A DNA stretch of 64,000 nt from an uncultured Gemmatimonadales bacterium. GTDB taxonomy: Bacteria; Gemmatimonadota; Gemmatimonadetes; Gemmatimonadales; Gemmatimonadaceae. The stretch covers positions 1,056,001 to 1,120,000 of the forward strand of contig CAWKNZ010000002.1 of NCBI GenBank assembly GCA_963851265.1, given 5' to 3'. Below the pieces are notes generated by a model, which made no database searches, was not told the origin of the DNA, and saw only the letters and a program-made list of their open reading frames with translations. Made by a program: the position numbers and the translations under genes. Shown in pieces: positions 51,569 through 60,510 of the stretch. Positions within the stretch are counted from its first letter, which is position 1, and each line of letters opens with the position of its first letter.

Positions 51569-52747
51569 ATGGGAGGCGTCGCGAGCGGCCCCGCGCCTCG
51601 GCGCGTCGCGATCGTGCACGAATGGCTCGTCAACTACGCCGGGTCGGAGCGCGTGCTCGAGCAGCTGCTCCTGCTGTTCCCGCACGCGGACCTGTTCGCG
51701 GTGGTCGACTTCGTGCCCCCCGACGAGCGCGCGTTCCTCGGCGGCCGCCGCGCGCGGACGACGTTCGTGCAGCGGCTGCCATTTGCGCGCACGCGCTACC
51801 GCACGTATCTGCCGCTCATGCCGCTCGCCATCGAGCAGCTGGACGTGTCCGCATACGACCTCGTGATCTCGAGCAGTCACGCGGTGGCGAAAGGCGTACT
51901 CGTCGGGCCGGACACGCTGCACGTGTGCTACTGCCACACCCCGCTCCGCTACGCCTGGGAACTGCAGCACGCGTATCTGCGGGATAGTGGGCTCGCGAAT
52001 GGCGTCGCCGGGTGGGCGGCGCGGTGGATGCTTCACCGCCTGCGCATGTGGGACGTCCGGTCGTCGACCGGCGTGGACGCGTTCGTCGCCAACTCGGCGT
52101 TCGTCGCTCGCCGCATTCGCAAGGCGTATCGGCGCGATGCGGGCGTGATCTATCCGCCGGTCGACGTCGAGCGGTTTCGTCCCGCGGGCGCTGGACGCGG
52201 GAATTACTACGTGACCGCGTCGCGCTTCGTCCCGTACAAGCGCGTCGGGATGATCGTCGACGCGTTCCGCGCGCTACCGGATCGCGAGCTGGTCGTGATC
52301 GGCGACGGACCGCAGCGCCGGGAGATCGAGCGCCTGGCGGGCCCGAACGTGCGCGTACTCGGGCACGTGCCCGGGGCCGAGTTACGGGGCTGGATCGCGG
52401 GGGCGCGCGCGTTCCTCTTCGCCGCCGTCGAGGATTTCGGGATCGCGCCGGTCGAGGCGCAGGCTGCCGGCACGCCGGTGATCGCCTACGGCGAGGGCGG
52501 CGTGTGCGAGACGATTCCGGGTCTCGATGCGTTGGAACCGTGCGGGGTTCTGTATGCCGAGCAGACGGCCGCGTCACTCGCCGACGCGGTGCGCCGGTTC
52601 GAAGCGACGGGGGACCTCATCACCGCGGCCGCCTGCCGCAGCAACGCCGTGCGCTTCTCCGCCGATCGGTTCCGGGCGGAGTTCGCCGCGTTCGTCGACG
52701 CGGCGCTCGCGGCGGAGCGAACGGCGGCGCGCGCCGCCGGCGCCTAA
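51569..52747 (+). CDS. Glycosyltransferase family 4 (WbaZ-like mannosyltransferase)
   Basis: VHEWL..AGSERVL, SSSHAVAKGV, YCHTPLRYAW and EDFGIAPVEAQAAG motifs. Confidence 0.92.
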   Translation: MGGVASGPAPRRVAIVHEWLVNYAGSERVLEQLLLLFPHADLFAVVDFVPPDERAFLGGRRARTTFVQRLPFARTRYRTYLPLMPLAIEQLDVSAYDLVISSSHAVAKGVLVGPDTLHVCYCHTPLRYAWELQHAYLRDSGLANGVAGWAARWMLHRLRMWDVRSSTGVDAFVANSAFVARRIRKAYRRDAGVIYPPVDVERFRPAGAGRGNYYVTASRFVPYKRVGMIVDAFRALPDRELVVIGDGPQRREIERLAGPNVRVLGHVPGAELRGWIAGARAFLFAAVEDFGIAPVEAQAAGTPVIAYGEGGVCETIPGLDALEPCGVLYAEQTAASLADAVRRFEATGDLITAAACRSNAVRFSADRFRAEFAAFVDAALAAERTAARAAGA

Positions 52748-52757
52748 CGCGCGACTG

Positions 52758-53723
52758 TCAGGTCGCGCCGCGCCGCTGGAGTACGGCGCCGACCGTCTTG
52801 AGCAGGATGACGGCGTCGTGCCGGAGCGACCAGCCGCGCACGTAGGCGACCTCGATCGCGGCGCGTTGCGGGTAGACGACCCGGCTGCGGCCCGCGACGG
52901 CCCAGGCGCCCGTGATCCCGGGGCGCATCGAGAGCAGGACCGCGCGGTCGGCCGCGCCATACTGGAACAGCTCCTGCGCGACGATCGGTCGCGGGCCGAC
53001 CAGCGACATGTCGCCCCGCACGACGTTCCAGAGCTGCGGCAACTCGTCGAGGCTCGACACGCGAAGTAGCCGTCCGATGCGCGTCACCCGCACGTCGGTC
53101 GACGACGGCAGCTTGAAGTCGCTCGCGACGTATGCGGCGCGGAGGCGCGGGTCGGCATGGAGACGCGCCTCCGCGTCGGCGCACATCGTCCGGAGCTTGT
53201 AACACGTGAAGAACCGGCCGCCCCGGCCGATCCGTTGCTGCGAGAATAGCACCCGCCCGGGCGACTCGAGGCGGACCGCCGCCGCGAGCACCAGCAGCAG
53301 CGGGGCGACGAGCAGAAGCGCCAGCGTTGCGATGACGACGTCGACCACGCGCTTGACTCGAAGGCCCCAGACCGCCGGGTGCGGAAGGTCGACGAGTGCG
53401 ACGACGCGTCCTTCGGGTTGCGCGCGGGCTCCGCGCCCCACCGCACCACGCGCCGCGGCGTCTGCGCGTGCGCGTACCATCGCGCCGCGGCGACGCCTTA
53501 CCGGTCCTGCGGGCGTGCCGAAAGGAGTCGCCGGTCCCGGCAGCACGGCCGGAACGGCGCCAAGCCGGTGGTCTCGTCCCGCGCGCGTCTCGCCGTCGTG
53601 CGCGTCGCGCTCGACCGCGGCGTCGTCAGCTCGGGCACGCCGGCCCGCTCGGCCCTTGGACCGATCGGGCGGGACCACAGGCTGCTCGACCGCGTTGTCG
53701 ACGCGCTCGGGGCGACTCGGCAT
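52758..53723 (-). CDS. Phosphoglycosyl transferase (WbaP/ExoY-like C-terminal domain)
   Basis: KRVVDVV, YKLRTMC.DAE, SSLDELPQLWNVVRGDMSLVGPRP and PGITG motifs; start uncertain (low-complexity N-terminus). Confidence 0.85.
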   Translation of the reverse strand: MPSRPERVDNAVEQPVVPPDRSKGRAGRRARADDAAVERDAHDGETRAGRDHRLGAVPAVLPGPATPFGTPAGPVRRRRGAMVRARADAAARGAVGRGARAQPEGRVVALVDLPHPAVWGLRVKRVVDVVIATLALLLVAPLLLVLAAAVRLESPGRVLFSQQRIGRGGRFFTCYKLRTMCADAEARLHADPRLRAAYVASDFKLPSSTDVRVTRIGRLLRVSSLDELPQLWNVVRGDMSLVGPRPIVAQELFQYGAADRAVLLSMRPGITGAWAVAGRSRVVYPQRAAIEVAYVRGWSLRHDAVILLKTVGAVLQRRGAT

Positions 53724-53983
53724 GCAATGGGAGTGACGGGTGGCTTGGGTGGAGATCGTGGCGATCCGGACGCCGCCGCTCCCAACGTAACGCGTACATC
53801 TCGGGGCAGGTAGCAGCCCAGGCGCAGGTGCCGCAACTGCGTGCCGGTCGCGCCGCCCCCAGCCCCCGCCGCGGGGCAGGGGTCGGCGCGTGCGTCACAG
53901 CGACTGCGTCACTTCTCGTCCCGGCCGCGGTCGACACGTCTACACAGGGCACGTGACCGCGTTCCCCCAGAGGCGGACGGCTC

Positions 53984-54013
53984 TTGATCCTTGCGCCGCG
54001 ACGGGGGTAGCAT
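53984..54013 (+). promoter_or_regulatory. Putative sigma70 promoter of the second export operon
   Basis: TTGATC-N18-TAGCAT. Confidence 0.4.
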
Positions 54014-54092
54014 GCACGCCGGAAACGCGGTCGTTCGGCCCGCCGCCGAGTCAGGTCCGGGTCCGACGCCCGCTTCCCTCTCACTTTTTTTG

Positions 54093-54854
54093 ATGTTTTT
54101 CGTCCGACGTCCGCCCGCCGCCATGCGGCGCCTGGGCCTGCGCCGCCGGTTGTACACGCACTCCGCCCTTGTACGCGTCGCGGTTGTGCTACTCGCGTGG
54201 CCCGCTGCAGCCTCGGGACAGCGCGCCGCGGGCGACACCGCCGCGCCTGTTGTCGGCTCCGCGCGCGCGTCCCTGGGCGCCGACTCCACCGCGGCGGCCG
54301 CGCGCCGCGCTGCCGCGGTTGCGATCGCGGTGGGAGATCGCATCCGCGTGCGCGTGTGGCGCGAACCGACGCTGGGCGACACCGTGACGGTGGACGAGCG
54401 CGGCGAGGTCGTGCTGCCGCGTCTCGGCAGCGTGCGCGTCGAGGGCCGGACGATCACCAGCCTGCAAGACACGCTGCGGGCCCGCTTCTCCGAATACCTC
54501 CGGAACCCGAGCGTCGAGGTGACCGTGCTCCGGCGGGTGAGCGTGCAGGGCGAGGTCCGGTCGCCCAACGTGTACTACGTCGACGCAACGGAAACCGCTC
54601 GCGAGGTACTCGCCCACGCGGGTGGGATCACGGAGATCGGTGATCCGAACAACATCGTGATCTCGCGCGACGGTCGGACGATCCCGCTCGGGCGGTGGCG
54701 CGACGGCGGCTCGCTGTCGGCCGATCTGCGGTCGGGCGACCAGCTGATCGTCGGGCGGACGAGTTGGTTCTCGCGGAACGCCCTCGCGGTCGTCAGTACG
54801 GTCGGCCTGATCGTCACGGTGGCCATTCAGGTGATCAATGCCCGTCGGAACTGA
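54093..54854 (+). CDS. Polysaccharide biosynthesis/export protein (Wza-like OPX)
   Basis: Signal peptide, GDRIRVRVW, VDERGEVVLPRLG, YLRNPSVEV, GEVRSPNVY SLBB and a C-terminal helix; start 54093 or 54123. Confidence 0.88.
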   Translation: MFFVRRPPAAMRRLGLRRRLYTHSALVRVAVVLLAWPAAASGQRAAGDTAAPVVGSARASLGADSTAAAARRAAAVAIAVGDRIRVRVWREPTLGDTVTVDERGEVVLPRLGSVRVEGRTITSLQDTLRARFSEYLRNPSVEVTVLRRVSVQGEVRSPNVYYVDATETAREVLAHAGGITEIGDPNNIVISRDGRTIPLGRWRDGGSLSADLRSGDQLIVGRTSWFSRNALAVVSTVGLIVTVAIQVINARRN

Positions 54855-57054
54855 AGACGGCGCGCGCGTCGCGGTCGCCGACGCGATGCGTGGCGTGCCG
54901 CACGCACCGACCGGGAGCGACGCCGACAGCGTCGACCTGGTCGAGATCGGTCGCGGCATCCGCCGGAACTGGGCGACGGTGCTGGCGACAGCCGTCCTCG
55001 GTGTGCTCGCGGCGCTGGCGGTGGTGGTCTTCGTGCCGCCGCGTTACCACGGCGCCGCCACCGTGCTCGTCCGGAGCGCGAACGCGAACGGCGCGTCGCT
55101 GCTCTCCCGGCTCGGCTCCGCGGGCGACCTTGCCGCCTCGGCCGGTGCCGGCGGCATCGGCAACGCCTTGTCGACGCCGCTCGAAACCGAGCTGCGCATT
55201 CTGGACAGCCGGGACGTCCTCGGGCAGGTCGTCGACTCACTCGGGCTGCAAGCGCGCGTGCTCTCGCCGCGCGGTGTCGCCGCCGCGCGGCTGCTCGCGC
55301 CCGCGCGATATCCCGGAGCGTTCAGGCCCGTCGCGTACACCTTCACGCCGTCGGGCGCGTCGACCTACCAGGTCAGCGGACCGACCGGACCGCTCGGATC
55401 GGTGCGAGCCGGAACGAACATCACGCTCCCGCAGGTCGGCGCGGTCACGGTCGTGCCGACGGCCGCCGCCGTAGCGGGTCCGTTTCGCGTCGACTTCGAG
55501 GACCGTGAGGACGCGATCACACGACTCGCCAAGCGGGTCACGGTCGACAAGAAAGGGGGAGAGCTCGCGAGCGTGGATTACTCGGGGCCGGATTCGCTCA
55601 CCGCGGCGGACGTCCCCAACACGCTCGTCGCGGTCTACCTCCAGCGGCGCCGCACGGTGGATCGCGGCACCAACCAGCGCCGGTTCGAGTTTCTCACCAC
55701 GCAGGCCGACAGCCTGCAGCGCGCGCTGCGTGTGGCGGAGGACGCGCTTCGCGCGCAGCAGGATGCGAGCGGGCTGTACGATCCGGACGTCGTCGGAAAG
55801 TCGGAAATCGAGGCGCTGCAGGCGTTGCAGACGCGGCTGAGCGATGCCGAGACGGAGCGCTCGTCGGCGCGGCGCGCCGTGGAGCAGGCGGAGCGGGGTG
55901 CGATCGCGCCGCGTCAGCTGACGGCCTTCCCGACCTTCCTCCGGAGCCCGGCGATCAACTCGCTGTTGACCCAGCTCACGCAGCTCGAGACACAGCGCGA
56001 CACGCTGCTCGAGCGGCGGACCGAGCGGGATCCGCAGGTGATCGCACTCGCGCAGAGCATCGCCCAGATCGAACGGCAGTTCGTTCCGCTCGCCCGGACG
56101 TACGCCGCGTCGCTCGATCGGCAGGCCGCGGAGCTCACGCGAGAGTCGGGTGTGCTCGAGAGCCGCCTCACCGCGCTCCCGGGCCAAGCTCTCGCAAACG
56201 TGCGCCGGCAACGCGAGGTCCGCCGGCTTTCGCAGACGGTTCTCGGTCTGCAGTCCGAACTCATCGACGTCCGACTCTCTGCGATGGGGGAGGGAGGGCA
56301 GGTCCGCCAGGTGGACGTCGCGTACCCGCCGAAAGACGTCGGATTCCCGCGCCCTCTGCTGACCGTCGCCGCGGGATTCGTGGCCGGATTGATCGTCGGC
56401 GCCTTGATCGCGGCCGTGCGAGCGTTGCTCGCGACGCGTCTGGTCACCGCGGCCGACGTCGAACGTGCGACGGGGCTGCCAGTCTACGAGTTCGACGACC
56501 GTCGTCCGCTGCTCGCGGTTGCGCGCTGGCGCGGCGTGCTCACGCTCGTCCCCGTCCCGGCCGGTGCGCCCCTCGCGGTCGACGCGCTAGCGCGTGCGAT
56601 CGCCGAGCAGGCGCGCACGGCGGGGCGCGACGCCGTCGCCCTGGACCACATCGCCGCCGTGGCGCGTGTGACGGGAACCCCGGTCGGCGACGCGCCGAAC
56701 GCGTCGTCGGCGCGTCCGGGTCTGCTCGTGGCGGGTGGCGTCGCACTCGATGACGCGCGCGCGCTCGCGCTGCTGGATGCCACGGACGCGGTGCTCCTGT
56801 GCGCGTCGCCCGGCCGCACGCGCCGCGCAGCGCTCGTCGACGCCGCGACGACACTGGCGGGCGCCGGCATCCCGTGCGACGGCGTCCTGCTCGTGTTGCG
56901 CCCACCGGCCGCGCGTTCGTCGGTCGGCGACGGTGAGCGTTCGGCCGAGTCGCCGGGGCGGCGATCCGTTGAGGTGAGCCGCACGCTCGCGGGCAACGGC
57001 GCGGCAAGCGATCCCGCGACGAACGGCGGCTCGCACGTCGGCGGTCGGCACTGA
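54838..57054 (+). CDS. Polysaccharide co-polymerase GumC/Wzc-like with degenerate kinase domain
   Basis: DLVEI..TM..PPRY.A, coiled coil, TERDPQV, VD.AYPP...PRP TM and DVERATGLPV; the tail lacks a Walker A and a Tyr cluster; start may be 54886. Confidence 0.85.
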   Translation: MPVGTEDGARVAVADAMRGVPHAPTGSDADSVDLVEIGRGIRRNWATVLATAVLGVLAALAVVVFVPPRYHGAATVLVRSANANGASLLSRLGSAGDLAASAGAGGIGNALSTPLETELRILDSRDVLGQVVDSLGLQARVLSPRGVAAARLLAPARYPGAFRPVAYTFTPSGASTYQVSGPTGPLGSVRAGTNITLPQVGAVTVVPTAAAVAGPFRVDFEDREDAITRLAKRVTVDKKGGELASVDYSGPDSLTAADVPNTLVAVYLQRRRTVDRGTNQRRFEFLTTQADSLQRALRVAEDALRAQQDASGLYDPDVVGKSEIEALQALQTRLSDAETERSSARRAVEQAERGAIAPRQLTAFPTFLRSPAINSLLTQLTQLETQRDTLLERRTERDPQVIALAQSIAQIERQFVPLARTYAASLDRQAAELTRESGVLESRLTALPGQALANVRRQREVRRLSQTVLGLQSELIDVRLSAMGEGGQVRQVDVAYPPKDVGFPRPLLTVAAGFVAGLIVGALIAAVRALLATRLVTAADVERATGLPVYEFDDRRPLLAVARWRGVLTLVPVPAGAPLAVDALARAIAEQARTAGRDAVALDHIAAVARVTGTPVGDAPNASSARPGLLVAGGVALDDARALALLDATDAVLLCASPGRTRRAALVDAATTLAGAGIPCDGVLLVLRPPAARSSVGDGERSAESPGRRSVEVSRTLAGNGAASDPATNGGSHVGGRH

Positions 57055-57076
57055 TGCCGTTGCCGCGCGTCGCCGA

Positions 57077-58450
57077 ATGCCCGCGCCCGCGGCATCGCGC
57101 GTGACTACCGCGTCGCTCGCGCCGCTCGGGCGGCCGCTGTCGCTCCCGGCCCTTCGCACGCGCGCCGGGATCCGGCCGATCCGCCTCGTTCACTTCTGCA
57201 TCGTGATCATGGCGGCCGGCAATCTCGGCCGCTTGCCTGCGCTTTGGGTGCTCGGCCGAGACACGCCGATCCTGCCGCACGAAATCGTGCTGCTTGGAAC
57301 GCTGCTGGTCGCGGCGCTCGCGTGCGTCCAGGCGCGCGCGCTTCGCGTCGACGGCGTGATCGGTGCGGCGGCCGCGTTCGCCGTGGTCGGCCTCGGCTCC
57401 GCAGTCGCGACTGCGTTACGCCTCGGGCTCGGTGCGGCCGACCTGTTGTACGCGCTCGCGTACCTCGCCCGGTGGCTGGCGTACGTGGCGCTCTACGTCG
57501 CGATCGTCAACGTGGGCCGAGGCGCCGACGCCGAGGCGCTGTGGACGACGGTCGAACGCACCGTGCTCGCCTTCGCCGCATTCGGCGTCGTGCAGGCGCT
57601 CGTGATTCCGGGCTTCGCGCAGCGCGTGTTCCCCACCGGCGGTGACACGGCGGGGTGGGACGTGCAGGGCCATCGGCTCGTGTCGACGCTGCTCGACCCC
57701 AACTTCGCCGGAGCGTTCATCGTCCTACCGCTCCTGGTCATGCTCGGGCGGCTCTCGTTCGGCGTGCCCGTTCGCGCGTGGAAGCCGCTGCTGCTCATCA
57801 CGAGCGTGCTGCTGACCGCGTCGCGCAGCAGCATCCTCGCGCTGATCGTCGGCGGAGGCGTCATCGTGCTCGCGCGCGGTATCTCGCGTCGACTCGTTCG
57901 GTTCGCCGCCCTCGCGCTCGCGTTGACAGTGCCGTTCGTTCCGCTCCTCGTGCAGTTCGGGCAGCAGTACAACAAGTTCGGCATCGACGGCTCGGCGTTG
58001 TTGCGACTGGTCGCGTGGCTGCGCGCGCTGGTCGTGCTGTCGGACTACCCGGTGTTCGGCGTGGGCTTCAACACGTACGGATACGTGCAGGCGAGCTACG
58101 GCTGGGCGTTGATCGGGCGCGACGGATTCGGCCTCGACGGCGGCCTGCTGTTCATCGCCGTGCTGACCGGTGCCGTGGGACTGACCGCGTACGTCGCCAT
58201 GCTCGCCGCCGTGGTACGTCGGTCGCGCCGCCTCTGGCGCGACTCGAGTGCTCCGCTCGCGGTCCGCGGGACGGCGCTCGGCGTCGGCGCCGGCGTTCCG
58301 GCCATCTGTGTCCACAGCATCTTCGTCAACAGCATACTGCTGCCCTGGATCGTCGCGATGCTGTCCGTGCTGTGGGGGATCGTCTACCTGATGAACCGCC
58401 GGCAGGCCACCGCGCGAACGCTCGCCGGCGTCGGGGCCGCGTTCGCATGA
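57077..58450 (+). CDS. O-antigen ligase / Wzy_C family membrane protein
   Basis: Multiple TMs; RLVSTLLDPNFAG, LTASRSS, SALLRL..W and PVFGVGFNTY motifs. Confidence 0.87.
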   Translation: MPAPAASRVTTASLAPLGRPLSLPALRTRAGIRPIRLVHFCIVIMAAGNLGRLPALWVLGRDTPILPHEIVLLGTLLVAALACVQARALRVDGVIGAAAAFAVVGLGSAVATALRLGLGAADLLYALAYLARWLAYVALYVAIVNVGRGADAEALWTTVERTVLAFAAFGVVQALVIPGFAQRVFPTGGDTAGWDVQGHRLVSTLLDPNFAGAFIVLPLLVMLGRLSFGVPVRAWKPLLLITSVLLTASRSSILALIVGGGVIVLARGISRRLVRFAALALALTVPFVPLLVQFGQQYNKFGIDGSALLRLVAWLRALVVLSDYPVFGVGFNTYGYVQASYGWALIGRDGFGLDGGLLFIAVLTGAVGLTAYVAMLAAVVRRSRRLWRDSSAPLAVRGTALGVGAGVPAICVHSIFVNSILLPWIVAMLSVLWGIVYLMNRRQATARTLAGVGAAFA

Positions 58451-59616
58451 CGCGCGTCGCGCGGGACATCACGGTGGCCGTCGACGCACGCGCGCTGCAC
58501 TCGTCCGGCATCGGGCGGTACCTCCGTGAGCTGCTCGGAATCTGGCTCCGCGACGCGTCGTTCGATCGCCTGACGCTCCTCGGCGAGCCCGACGTGCTCC
58601 GGCCTTTCATCGCCGAGCGCGAATCCGCGATGCGCGTCGACATCGTTCCGCACCGCGGCACGGCGTACTCGCCGGTCGGGCAGTGGTCGTGGGTCGCCGG
58701 CGGGCGCGGCGCGGCCGCGCAGGCCGACGTCACGTTTTTCCCGAACTGGGACGCGCCCGCAGTCGGGCTGCCGCGCCGCAGCGTCGTGACCGTGCACGAC
58801 CTGACGCCGTTCCGCGTTCCCGACGCCTTCGGGGCCGCGCGCCGCGCGGGCGGCCGGGTGCTCCTGCGGCGCGTGCTGTCGCGCGCCGCTCGCGTCGTGT
58901 GCGTGTCGCAGGCGGCCGCGGCGGACGTGCGCGCCGACTTCCCCGCGCTGACGTCGCCGATCGACGTGGTGCCTAACGGCGTCGATCCGCGGTTCGGCGA
59001 ACCGGCCGGTCCACCGCCGGTGGCGGGGCCGTACCTGCTGTGGGTCGGGAATCTCAAACCGCACAAGAACCCTACGGCCGCCCTCGACGTGCTCGCTCGC
59101 GCGCGAGCCGCCGGATGGCCCGGGCTCCGGCTCGTGTGCGTCGGGCGTGCGTTCCCCGAGCTCGAACTCGCCGATCTCGCCGCGGCGCGCGGGCTGGGAG
59201 ACGCGGTCCTCGCGCTCGGCGAGGCCGACGACGCGACGCTCTGCGCGCTCTATGCCGGGTGCGTAGCGCTGGTCTTTCCGTCGCGCGCCGAGGGGTTCGG
59301 GTTGCCCGTACTCGAGGCGATGACGGCGGGCGCGCCGGTGATCGCGTCGGGCCTGCCTGCCCTGCGCGAGGTGGTCGGAGATGCGTGGCCGCTCCACGCG
59401 CCCGACGACGTCGATTCGATGGCGCGCGCCGTGACGCAGCTACTCAGCTCGCCCGAGGCACGCGCGGCCGGGATCGCTCGGGGCCGCGCTCGCGCCGCTC
59501 ACTTCAGCTGGACGGCGAGCGCGGGCCGGACGGCAGCCATCTTTCGAGACGTCGCGGGGCCCTCTCGCGCCGAGCGCGGCCGGATCGGCGCGGCGCACCG
59601 GGCGGCGGTGGGCTGA
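58447..59616 (+). CDS. Glycosyltransferase family 4
   Basis: VDAR..SGIGRY, VTVHDL, GNLKPHKN and FPSRAEGFGLPVLEAM motifs. Confidence 0.92.
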   Translation: MTRVARDITVAVDARALHSSGIGRYLRELLGIWLRDASFDRLTLLGEPDVLRPFIAERESAMRVDIVPHRGTAYSPVGQWSWVAGGRGAAAQADVTFFPNWDAPAVGLPRRSVVTVHDLTPFRVPDAFGAARRAGGRVLLRRVLSRAARVVCVSQAAAADVRADFPALTSPIDVVPNGVDPRFGEPAGPPPVAGPYLLWVGNLKPHKNPTAALDVLARARAAGWPGLRLVCVGRAFPELELADLAAARGLGDAVLALGEADDATLCALYAGCVALVFPSRAEGFGLPVLEAMTAGAPVIASGLPALREVVGDAWPLHAPDDVDSMARAVTQLLSSPEARAAGIARGRARAAHFSWTASAGRTAAIFRDVAGPSRAERGRIGAAHRAAVG

Positions 59617-59680
59617 GGTGTCATTACAGGTGCATGCAACTTTGCGGAAGTCGATCGGGCGCGAGTCAGCCGTCTCGAAC

Positions 59681-60502
59681 GTGATTGCGAACGGGACGCG
59701 GCGGTACGCGCCCCGACTGTCGGCCGTGGCGAACGCGCTGGCGGTCGCGGGCGGCGCGTTCGTGATCGGCGGCTGCGGTCCTTGCGACGGCGTGATCGGC
59801 TGCAACCGGAACCCCCGCCTCGACATCAGCGGTCAGTTCATCGACCGCGACGCTCCGGGCACGCCGCCGCTCGGCGGCGTGCGCGTCGAGGTGATCCGCA
59901 TCTCCGGCGTCGGCCTCAGTGCGCCGTCGGTGGTCGGGGTGAGTGACGCGACCGGCTGGTGGTCGGTGTCGATCGGCGCGGGGGCGCCCAACGCATTCGT
60001 CAACGTCGACCTGCTCGTCACGCCCCCGGCGCCCAACGCGCCATACCGTGTGCGCGCGGTCCAGTTCGCGACGACGTCGACGTACGGCGCTGGCGCACAG
60101 GTCGGGCGCTGGGTCGCGCACCCGTACATCACCTACGTGGGCCTGCTCCTCGACGCGGCCAGCGGACGCCCGATCGCGAACGCGAACGTCACCATCGTGC
60201 CGCGCGGCGGCGTGGCGATCACGCCGACGCCCGCGACGAAAATGTCGTCGCTCACCGACGAATCGGGCCAGTTCGTGTACGACGTTCGCCCGGCGGACCT
60301 GCAGCCACTGTTCGTCGACTTCTACGTCGACCGGCCCGGACTGCCCCGGGCCGTGGTCACGAACGCGCAGCTCGACCCCAGCTACGAAGACACGCCCCCG
60401 CGCGCGTTCGCCGCGAGCACCTTCACGATCGACAGCGCCGGACGGGTGTCCGGCGGGCTCACGCAGTCCCGGGCCGCCGCGCGCGCGCGCGGCTTGCGTT
60501 AG
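59681..60502 (+). CDS. Putative lipoprotein with two carboxypeptidase-regulatory-like beta-sandwich repeats
   Basis: Hydrophobic stretch ending VIGGC; repeats G...D...G.P.....V ... (S/T)D..G; start uncertain (59618-59726). Confidence 0.65.
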   Translation: MIANGTRRYAPRLSAVANALAVAGGAFVIGGCGPCDGVIGCNRNPRLDISGQFIDRDAPGTPPLGGVRVEVIRISGVGLSAPSVVGVSDATGWWSVSIGAGAPNAFVNVDLLVTPPAPNAPYRVRAVQFATTSTYGAGAQVGRWVAHPYITYVGLLLDAASGRPIANANVTIVPRGGVAITPTPATKMSSLTDESGQFVYDVRPADLQPLFVDFYVDRPGLPRAVVTNAQLDPSYEDTPPRAFAASTFTIDSAGRVSGGLTQSRAAARARGLR

Positions 60503-60510
60503 GCGCCGTC

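Noticed and set aside
53800..53835. ops/JUMPstart-like element (GGCAGGTAGCAGCCCAGGCGCAGGTG)
   Set aside because: Only partial resemblance; no canonical GGCGGTAG in either export-operon leader.
1723..60504. GTTAGGC/GCCTAAC as integron attC core sites (GTTRRRY/RYYYAAC), or as TTAGGC telomere-type repeats
   Set aside because: The copies are isolated, mostly inside housekeeping CDSs, and never paired as RYYYAAC...GTTRRRY hairpins at cassette ends. There is no integrase and no tandem array.
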